From positions 1-63,729 of the IMG/VR virus record IMGVR_UViG_3300032316_001298: a stretch of DNA of 63,729 nucleotides. One strand, given 5' to 3'. The notes under the pieces were generated by a model that saw nothing but the letters and a program-made list of their open reading frames with translations, did no database searches and had not been told where the DNA came from. Positions 57,035-63,729 of the stretch are shown here, in pieces. Position 1 is the stretch's first letter. Every line of letters starts with the position of its first letter. The translations under genes were made by a program, and so were the position numbers. This DNA is from a virus. Taxonomy: Duplodnaviria; Caudoviricetes.

Positions 57035-57286
57035 TCATAAGGCCCGTCCGGCGGCGACCAGCACGTTGCGCAGGACGCTGGATTGTCCTTTTCGGTTGGT
57101 GAGCTTTTTGTAGCGGGAAAATTCGTCGGGCGACATGAGGCAGACGGCACCGGCAGTCTTGTGCCCGTAGATCATGGCGCCGCGATAGCGGGTGACGGGG
57201 CGCGTTTGGGCGCAGGAGAGGCACAGGGCCAAGCCGAGGTCGGCGCGGCCTTGCTCCATGCGGCGAGAGCAGGAAGGGCAGGTCAT
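57035..57286 (-). CDS. C4 zinc-finger protein (DksA/TraR-like finger)
   Basis: CPSC..M..GR..L..CLSCA. Confidence 0.55.
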   Translation of the reverse strand: MTCPSCSRRMEQGRADLGLALCLSCAQTRPVTRYRGAMIYGHKTAGAVCLMSPDEFSRYKKLTNRKGQSSVLRNVLVAAGRAL

Positions 57287-57973
57287 TGCAAGAGGGTCTG
57301 GACGGACTTTTTGGCGATGCGTCGAGCGCGCAGCCAGCGTTGCAGAATGCTGAGGCGTTGCGGGTTGCTGGGCTGCCAGAGCCTCATGTAAAGGTCGGCA
57401 GGCCAGATGTTGTCGCCGTAGGATTCGCGGACGGGTGGCGCTGGCGGGAGGGCGCGAGACTTCATATTCCGACCAGCAGGATGCGGAACGGCTGCCACGT
57501 GAGAGGGGTATAAGGGCGGCGCTTGGGATGGCGGTTCACGAGGTTGATGAAGGGACGGCGTGGTTTGGAGGCGCGGGACGCGGTGTAGGGACGGAATTTC
57601 ATAGTTAGCGGGTGATTTTAGGTTGTTTGCGGATGAATCAGGACAGTTGGCGGATGATTCCGACAAACTGGCGGATGGTTTCCCGGGCATAGTCGCGCTT
57701 GTTGCGGTCGCGGCTATGGCGCACGGGCCAGAGGTGGCAGATCCGCTCGTTCAACACGCGGCGAAGCGTGAAGACCGAGGGTGAGGGAATCCGGACGGGT
57801 ATGGCCGTCACGGGTGGAACTCGCGGTAAATGCCCGCGAGCTGGAATTTCCACGTGGACGGCTTGATCAGCAAGACGGCCACGTGCATGGCGATACGGAT
57901 GGGTTTCATAAAAAGGGAGGGGACGGGGCGTTGGTATTATTCGCGCTTCAGCGCGCCGCCCCGTCCCGCAAGA

Positions 57974-58174
57974 TCAGGCCGACCAATCCTTGCTGCCGAT
58001 GACAACGGCATTGCCGGAGACTTGCAGCCGGATGCCGTTGGGCAGAGTGATTTTGCCGTTGAGGTTGTAGCCGACAGAACCCGTGGAATACTGCATGGCT
58101 TTGGCCGACACGGGCTGGCCTTCGACAAGCACTTGGGGAGTGAGTGACGAAGTGAGGAACGAGTGTTTGCTCAT
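57974..58174 (-). CDS. small beta-rich hypothetical protein
   Basis: YSTGSVGYNLNGK..QVSGNAVVIGSK. Confidence 0.65.
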   Translation of the reverse strand: MSKHSFLTSSLTPQVLVEGQPVSAKAMQYSTGSVGYNLNGKITLPNGIRLQVSGNAVVIGSKDWSA

Positions 58175-58515
58175 AGTGTTGGATGGTTGCGTTCTCTACG
58201 TGGAGATAAGCCCGCGAGAACAACGGACTTACAAAAGTCGGGAAAGGGTCTGGTCAGCGTGACCAGAAAGGTGGGCCATCCCCCCCCACCGGAGGATGGC
58301 CCTGTGCAACGCGCCGATTGGCGCGGCCCATGCACATTTGTTCTGCGTAGATGGTGGAACGCAGGAATGTGGCCGGGGTTACGGCAAACCACGGCAGTCC
58401 TTTGACCCAGACCACGGGGATCTAAAAAATCACGGACGGCCCGTGAAAAAAAGTGGGAGGCACGGGGGTGGCGTTCCCCCCGTGCCTCGGGTCGCGGCGT
58501 AGTGGACGGCGCGGT

Positions 58516-59274
58516 TTAGGCAGCCTTTTTGGCCTTTTTGGAGCCGGTGCCTTCGACCATGGAGCGCAGGGCATCCATGACGGGCTTGGCATCCTGGAGT
58601 CGCGGCAGGATCTCTTGCAAGCCCTTGATGTGCGCCATCGCGGCGGAAACAAGGTCGGCTTGGGAGATTCCCTCGGCGGCGGGCATTTTGACCACGTTCG
58701 CGGGAACAGTGGCCTCGGCCTTGCTGGCTTTCTTGCCAGACTTTTTGCCGGACTCGGTTGGAGTCTCGGCGGTCGCGGTCTCGGTGGTCGACTCGGCGGA
58801 GTTGGCCTTGTCGATGAGCGCGGCCTTGTCGGCTTCGCGCTGCTTGTGCTCGGCGATCGTGCAACCATTGTCGGCCACGCACTCCAATTCCTCGCGGTAG
58901 TTTTTGGCCTTGAGGATTTGGCGGAGCGAGTCCGGCTTGAGTTTGCGGATGGCGCGGCACTCGGTGAACGTCAGCGTGTCGTAGCGCGCTTCCGAGATGG
59001 TTCCGTCTTCGACGAAGGCGAAAGCATCGGCGGCGAACCTCGCGTTGCTGATCGTGGAGCGGTGGACTCCGGCGGCGGACAAGACCTTTTCGACAGTCTC
59101 GCCTTTGGCAACGTGCCGGGCGATGAATGTCATGAGCTTGCCGAGTTCGGAGAACGCGCGGCGGACGATGTTGTCACGTTGGACAAAGAGTTCGACGCGC
59201 TGCTCCTGCTGCATGGATTGAATCTCCGAAGCCTGCAGAACGGCGGTCGGAGAGGTCTTGGTGGCTTTAGCCAT
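58516..59274 (-). CDS. hypothetical protein
   Basis: AGGAGG RBS, strong codon bias, downstream hairpin/U-tract (58446-58489). Confidence 0.75.
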   Translation of the reverse strand: MAKATKTSPTAVLQASEIQSMQQEQRVELFVQRDNIVRRAFSELGKLMTFIARHVAKGETVEKVLSAAGVHRSTISNARFAADAFAFVEDGTISEARYDTLTFTECRAIRKLKPDSLRQILKAKNYREELECVADNGCTIAEHKQREADKAALIDKANSAESTTETATAETPTESGKKSGKKASKAEATVPANVVKMPAAEGISQADLVSAAMAHIKGLQEILPRLQDAKPVMDALRSMVEGTGSKKAKKAA

Positions 59275-59512
59275 TGTGTTACCTCCTATTGCGCGCCGTG
59301 CTTACAAAAGCACGGGCGGCGCGGTTTTCGCGTGACCCCGCAACCCACATGGGTTGCGGACAGAACGCGGGAAAGGCGGGAACCAAGACCGCGACAGAGA
59401 CAAGGGAGCCATTACGCCGGAGACGATCCGGCGGACGGCTTTTGCCTCACCGGACGGCCCCACAGGGCAGTCCGGTGAAACAAAAAACCTCGGACGGTGA
59501 AAATTATTAAGC

Positions 59513-59545
59513 AAAAGGGCGCGCGGGAAAATCCCGCGCGCCCTC
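59513..59545 (-). terminator. terminator after 59552..60541
   Basis: agggcgcgcggga-aaa-tcccgcgcgccct with a minus-strand T tract. Confidence 0.7.
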
Positions 59546-59551
59546 TGTGAG

Positions 59552-60541
59552 TTAGGCGCGGAGCAAATCTGCCGCGACCAGTTCGGGAAGACTCAAGCGC
59601 ACCGCCGTAGCGCGGTAGTCGCGGAGCATGTTAGACCATGCGGCGCGCGCGCGGCGCGGCGCGCCTTTTCCGCCCTTGTCGCGGAGGCTCCAATCGCCAC
59701 GCACCTTCGCGCCGCTACCTTCCGGCGAAACGCCAGAGGCGATGCGAAGCGTGAACGCGATTCGGCCAGTAGGCGCGCCGGAGGTGATTACCGCGCGCTT
59801 GTAGGCGAAGGCACGGCGGACAAATCGCAAATCGCGGCGAAGCGCCGCGCGTTCTTTGCGAAGCGCGCCGCCTATCGCGCGCCCCTTGCGCGTCTCTTGA
59901 ATCGTGCGAACGTGACAGCCATGCACTAGGAACGCGCGCCGAATAAGCGCGCGTGCCTTGTCATAAGCGCCGCGAAGCGCGAACGCGCGCGCCGCTTCCG
60001 GCAGGTCGTCGCGGGATTCCGCGCCGTGCGCGTAATCTTCCGGCAGGGTGTCGCCATGCGACATTTTCCGCCCCATGCGATCCACGGCGCGCGCGGCCCC
60101 AAGGAATGCGGCGCCATGCGGCGCGGCCTCCGGCGAGACTTTGAAGCGCGCGAGCGTTTCGCGCGCCGCCTCCGTGACCTTTTCGTCACCTTCCGGCGCG
60201 CAAAGCGCCGCGACGATTTCCGCTGCCGCGCCGCGCGCCTCTTCTTTCGCCTCCGCAAAGGGAAGCGTGATGCGATTCGCCTCCGCGCGCGTTGTCGCGC
60301 GATGCGCGACCTTTCCGGCTATGTCATCCAAACCGATAAGGTGCGGCACCGCGCCGCCGTGCGTGAAATCGCGCGCGGCGCGCGGGGCGTTGTTGAGTTT
60401 TACTTTCCGCATGGCTCCGCGAATAAATGCGGCACGGTCGCGCGCGGATTCGCGCGTGATCAATTCCCATGCGTTGCCGGATTTACGTCCGGCACGTGCG
60501 CCATTAGCGGCGCGCTTCGTTGTCGTTTGCTTTGTTACCAT
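59552..60541 (-). CDS. Ala/Arg-rich hypothetical protein, first gene of leftward region
   Basis: 329 aa ORF, atypical GCG/CGC-dominated codon use. Confidence 0.6.
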   Translation of the reverse strand: MVTKQTTTKRAANGARAGRKSGNAWELITRESARDRAAFIRGAMRKVKLNNAPRAARDFTHGGAVPHLIGLDDIAGKVAHRATTRAEANRITLPFAEAKEEARGAAAEIVAALCAPEGDEKVTEAARETLARFKVSPEAAPHGAAFLGAARAVDRMGRKMSHGDTLPEDYAHGAESRDDLPEAARAFALRGAYDKARALIRRAFLVHGCHVRTIQETRKGRAIGGALRKERAALRRDLRFVRRAFAYKRAVITSGAPTGRIAFTLRIASGVSPEGSGAKVRGDWSLRDKGGKGAPRRARAAWSNMLRDYRATAVRLSLPELVAADLLRA

Positions 60542-60600
60542 AGCAAAGGAGAGACTACCGAAAAGCGTAGCAACGTGCAAGCGCAAATCCGCGCGCGCGT

Positions 60601-60722
60601 TGCTTCACCCTCTAGGGGATGCGCGCATCCCAAGCAACGCGCGCGCGCTTATGTAAGCGCGCTCACGCTCTGGTGATGCTTCACCCTCTAGGGGATGCGC
60701 GCATCCCAAGCAACGCGCGCGC
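60601..60722. repeat. 46 bp direct repeat containing a 16 bp palindrome
   Basis: tgcttcaccctctaggggatgcgcgcatcccaagcaacgcgcgcgc at 60601-60646 and 60677-60722. Confidence 0.95.
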
Positions 60723-60780
60723 AGGAATCTTACTTATGAATAAGTAAAAATAACTCCGTCCAACCAAAAAAAAACGGGGG

Positions 60781-60999
60781 TCAGGAGCGCCGTCCGTCCA
60801 TCCATTCGACGATGGCCAGGAGGGTTTCGCCGTTCGGGGTTTTGCGCCGTCCGACGTATTCGCAGATGCGAATGATGGCGGATCGGGGGTTGTCGGGCCG
60901 GAGGTAGCGGGCCAGTTGGGTGGTGAGGCCGCGTTCGGTCTTGAGGAGCCGGTCGAGCTTGCGCATGAGGGCGTCCGTCCGGGGGGTGGGTTTGGTCAT
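60781..60999 (-). CDS. HTH repressor-like protein
   Basis: TTQLARYL..ICEYVGRRKTPNGETLLAIVEW, at the divergence point. Confidence 0.65.
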   Translation of the reverse strand: MTKPTPRTDALMRKLDRLLKTERGLTTQLARYLRPDNPRSAIIRICEYVGRRKTPNGETLLAIVEWMDGRRS

Positions 61000-61047
61000 G
61001 TGGCAAATCTAACGCGCAAAGGTAGCAAGTCAAGGCGCCGTCCGGTA

Positions 61048-61322
61048 AAAAAGTCTACCGAAATGGCCCCAGCGCAAGGGTATGACGGTTCATAATTACG
61101 TGCAGGGGGTGTTGCGGGAAGTGCTGGCGGCGGTGGGTCAAACGGAGTCTGCGGTGGCGTGCCTGAGTATTCCCGAAGCGGTCACTCTCTCTGTAAGTCT
61201 GGATCAGGAAGGAGTGGTCTGCGCCCCGTCCAAGGAATCGGGGCGGATCTGTTTCACCGTGATGGTGGTTCCGAAAATCGAGTGCTGCGGGGTGAACTAA
61301 AAAGTCTACCGAAATGGCCCCA
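61048..61322 (+). repeat. 24 bp direct repeat upstream of two consecutive genes
   Basis: aaaaagtctaccgaaatggcccca at 61048-61071 and 61299-61322. Confidence 0.9.
61082..61300 (+). CDS. hypothetical protein
   Basis: Lies between the two 24 bp repeats. Confidence 0.55.
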   Translation: MTVHNYVQGVLREVLAAVGQTESAVACLSIPEAVTLSVSLDQEGVVCAPSKESGRICFTVMVVPKIECCGVN

Positions 61323-61333
61323 TTCCAAGGACG

Positions 61334-61591
61334 ATGACCACAAGAAAAAAGACAACCAAACGGGCCGCGCAAGCGGCAAGCGAGATTCCAGCGTCAGCGA
61401 ATTACCGTCCGTGGTGGCAAGGCCAGCGGCGTTCGCGGCGTCGAGCCACGGCGTTTGACACGTTTGCGGCGGCGGCTTTGACCGGGCTGTTGGTGCGGGA
61501 GAGCGCGGAGACAACGCTCTCGGAGTTGGTCGAGGGGGCGCTGCATCTGGCGACTTTGATGGAGGCGGCGAAGGAGGAGCGCGGCAAATGA
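61334..61591 (+). CDS. hypothetical protein
   Basis: FDTFAAAALTGLL..A..LM pattern common in phage small proteins. Confidence 0.65.
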   Translation: MTTRKKTTKRAAQAASEIPASANYRPWWQGQRRSRRRATAFDTFAAAALTGLLVRESAETTLSELVEGALHLATLMEAAKEERGK

Positions 61592-61701
61592 CACGGGCAT
61601 GGCAGAAACGGCTGATTCTGCTGGGCGCGCTGGCCTATCTGCTGGCGTTTTGGGGTGTGGTGGCGGCGATTGTTATGCTGGTGAGGGGGTGCGGATCGTG
61701 A
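61588..61701 (+). CDS. small membrane protein
   Basis: Manually translated MTRAWQKRLILLGALAYLLAFWGVVAAIVMLVRGCGS, coupled at both ends. Confidence 0.6.
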   Translation: MTRAWQKRLILLGALAYLLAFWGVVAAIVMLVRGCGS

Positions 61702-61982
61702 CCTACGGAGGCTATCCGCCGTTTGTCGCGGGAAGCGATACGAGTGCCGAAGCGGCTTTGCAGATCGCGCCCGACACCAACCGGCTCCGCCGTTTGGTGC
61801 TGGAGGCGATTGATGCGGGACGCGGCATGACTTGTTGCGAGGTGGAACGGAACTTGGGCTTGCGGCATCAGACGGCGAGTGCGCGCATTCGTGAGTTGGC
61901 ACTGAAAGGCAGCGTAGTGGACAGCGGTGAACGGAGACTCACGGCATCCGGACGAAAGGCCGTGGTGTGGAGAAAGATATGA
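61698..61982 (+). CDS. winged-HTH DNA-binding protein
   Basis: DTSAEAA, GMTCCEVE..LGLRHQTASARIREL..DSGERR.T.SGRKA.VW. Confidence 0.75.
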   Translation: MTYGGYPPFVAGSDTSAEAALQIAPDTNRLRRLVLEAIDAGRGMTCCEVERNLGLRHQTASARIRELALKGSVVDSGERRLTASGRKAVVWRKI

Positions 61983-62218
61983 CAACAAAAGAGCTATCAT
62001 TGCCGTCCGCCGACAAGCTGTGGACGCATTTGCGGGTGCAGGATCCGAAGGAACTGCGGCGGCAGGGTTACAGGATGCTGGCGGGGCCGTATGCCGAGCG
62101 AGAGGCGGAATTGTTGCGTTCGGTAGTCGGAGATGCCGACCGGAGTGGGCGGTATCTGGGTTATTCGGAGAACGCGGAGCGCCAGATTCATGTATGGCAG
62201 AGGAGCAAGCGTCTATGA
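61979..62218 (+). CDS. hypothetical protein
   Basis: ATGA-coupled at both ends. Confidence 0.6.
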   Translation: MTTKELSLPSADKLWTHLRVQDPKELRRQGYRMLAGPYAEREAELLRSVVGDADRSGRYLGYSENAERQIHVWQRSKRL

Positions 62219-63252
62219 ATGGTCGGATTGTTACAGTGCTGCGGGACTACGAGGGGCACGGGCTGAAGTTTCGGGGCGGGGATTCCTATGTGGTGGAGGA
62301 TCCGACCCTTGGGCATTTGCTCATGATGGGGTTGGTCGGGAGGGTGCGAGACAGAGATTTGGAATTTGAGAGGAACTTGAAAGAGGCGAAAACGGTCTTG
62401 GTGACTCGCAGTGGGGGGTTTGGAGATATTTTGTTTTTGACCCCGCTTTTGCGGACCTTGGTGGCGGCGGGAAAGAACGTGACGGTGTGCTGTCATGCGA
62501 AATACCGTGAGGCACTTTCGGGGGTGCCGGTGGAGTGGCGCGAGTATCCTATGCGGGTGGTGGAGGTCATGCCGTATGATCGGGAAATCTGGTTGGAGGC
62601 GGTCATCGAGTTTGCCGAGAGGCCGGAAATTCATGCGGTGGATTTGTTTGCCGAGGCGGCGAAGGTGGAATTGACGGAGGGCAAGGAGGTCAGCTTTGCC
62701 GTGCGGGACGAAGATCAGGCGTGGGCCGAGTTTCATTTCCCGAAGAAAGGCAAGCGTGTCGGCGTGCAGTTGATGGCGTCGAGTCCGACGCGGACGTATC
62801 CGAAGGATTTGATGGTGCAGGTGATCCGGCTATTGCTGGAGAAGGGAGATACGGAGATTGCGTTGTTCGGGGCGCCGGGGACGGTGCAGTTGGAGGCGAA
62901 CCATCCGTTGATTTTGAATGTGGCGTCGAAGGCCGATCTGTTCGGTCAATCGGCGGCGGTCTTGGAGCAGTGCGAGGTGGTGCTGGCGCCGGATAGCGCC
63001 ATCGCGCATCTGGCGGGGGCGTTGCGGTTGCCGACCATCGCTCTCTACGGGCCGTTCCCGTGGCAGGCGCGCACGGCGTATGCGCCGACAGTGCGGGCTT
63101 TGACGGGAGCGTTGCGTTGCGCGCCGTGCTACTGGCACGGGCGGGGCGGCCCGTATCCGCCGGATGGTCCGTGTTCGATCACCGGCAGGTGCGAGGCGTT
63201 GGGGCAGATCGAACCGGAGCGGATTGTGAGGGAGGTGCGGAAGTATCTATGA
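62215..63252 (+). CDS. glycosyltransferase family 9 (heptosyltransferase-like)
   Basis: RSGGFGDILFLTPLLRTL, APDSAIAHLAGALRLPTIALYGP, CAPC..C..C. Confidence 0.9.
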   Translation: MNGRIVTVLRDYEGHGLKFRGGDSYVVEDPTLGHLLMMGLVGRVRDRDLEFERNLKEAKTVLVTRSGGFGDILFLTPLLRTLVAAGKNVTVCCHAKYREALSGVPVEWREYPMRVVEVMPYDREIWLEAVIEFAERPEIHAVDLFAEAAKVELTEGKEVSFAVRDEDQAWAEFHFPKKGKRVGVQLMASSPTRTYPKDLMVQVIRLLLEKGDTEIALFGAPGTVQLEANHPLILNVASKADLFGQSAAVLEQCEVVLAPDSAIAHLAGALRLPTIALYGPFPWQARTAYAPTVRALTGALRCAPCYWHGRGGPYPPDGPCSITGRCEALGQIEPERIVREVRKYL

Positions 63253-63596
63253 GCAAGCAGGCCACGTGTCCGGAGTGCGATGGGATGGGCGTGATTCACG
63301 CCTCGTGGGGATTCTGGGACGGAGAGAATGACGAGAGCGGGGTTTATGTGCGCCCAGAGGAGGACTGCAAGCGTTGTGCGACGAAAGGAAGCGTCTTTGG
63401 CGAGGAGGCCGAGCGGGTATTGGCGGGACGCGAGGTGGAGCGTCTGCGGAAGGGGAAACATATCCCGGCGCGCAAGATCGCGCTGGCCAGCGGGCTGATG
63501 AAGCCGAGCGAGTGGTGCGACATGGAGAAGGGGCTGGCGCCGATCGAGATGATCGCCAAGGCCAAGGCGGCGGTGGAGGCGCAATCTGCCGAATGA
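63249..63596 (+). CDS. zinc-finger + Cro/CI-type HTH protein
   Basis: CPECDGMG..CKRCATKG then LRKGKHI..ALASG..WCDMEKG. Confidence 0.7.
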   Translation: MSKQATCPECDGMGVIHASWGFWDGENDESGVYVRPEEDCKRCATKGSVFGEEAERVLAGREVERLRKGKHIPARKIALASGLMKPSEWCDMEKGLAPIEMIAKAKAAVEAQSAE

Positions 63597-63729
63597 GCGC
63601 AGTTAATGACCAACTGGAATCGGAAGGAGGCCGCGTGAGCAGATTTATGAAGACCACAAAATACCTACTGCGATTCAAAGAGAACGCATCGCCAGATCAC
63701 ATCACTGAATATCTGACGAGCGATCTGCA
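63593..63729 (+). CDS. 5' part of a hypothetical protein continuing across the window junction into 1..769
   Basis: ATG at 63593 overlaps the upstream stop (ATGA). 45 open codons plus 'ca' join base 1 'g' to give CAG, in frame with the 32..769 ORF, with no stop. Confidence 0.7.
   Translation, partial: MSAVNDQLESEGGRVSRFMKTTKYLLRFKENASPDHITEYLTSDL

Noticed and set aside
60601-60722. Possible mini-CRISPR array (two 46 bp repeats, 30 bp spacer)
   Set aside because: Only two copies, the spacer is itself partly palindromic, and no cas genes are recognisable.
1-63729. Stop-codon reassignment
   Set aside because: Core genes are full length in code 11 with normal stop/start coupling.

Overview
The window appears to be the complete, circularly permuted ~63.7 kb genome of a temperate tailed phage: an ORF starting at 63593 reads in frame across the end-to-start junction into the ORF ending at 769. 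It has lambda-type packaging and head genes (GpA terminase, gpW-like protein, lambda-family portal, protease/scaffold, decoration protein, major capsid) and a tail module that looks siphovirus-like. It also has a lysis cassette (holin, lipoprotein, M15 endolysin), a tyrosine integrase with an intact tRNA-like attP, primase plus SF3 helicase, and a ~16 kb leftward accessory/early region. The host is uncertain; gene families loosely resemble freshwater Verrucomicrobia/PVC phages (inference). Most notable is a set of very basic modular proteins next to the portal and protease whose modules are separated by a recurring short linker motif also present in the scaffold. This suggests a protease-processed, capsid-loaded polyprotein cargo system. 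Structural and cargo genes share an unusual TTGAC(A)-N13-16-start codon element, which also drives two plus-strand morons inside the early region. Other points: two GT9 glycosyltransferases plus a methyltransferase, a histone-fold-like protein, a Ycf46-AAA/DUF1257/DUF2997/DUF3150-like cluster with ssrA-like C-termini, structured intergenic regions, and G-run frameshifts. All family assignments are by motif recognition; no searches were run.
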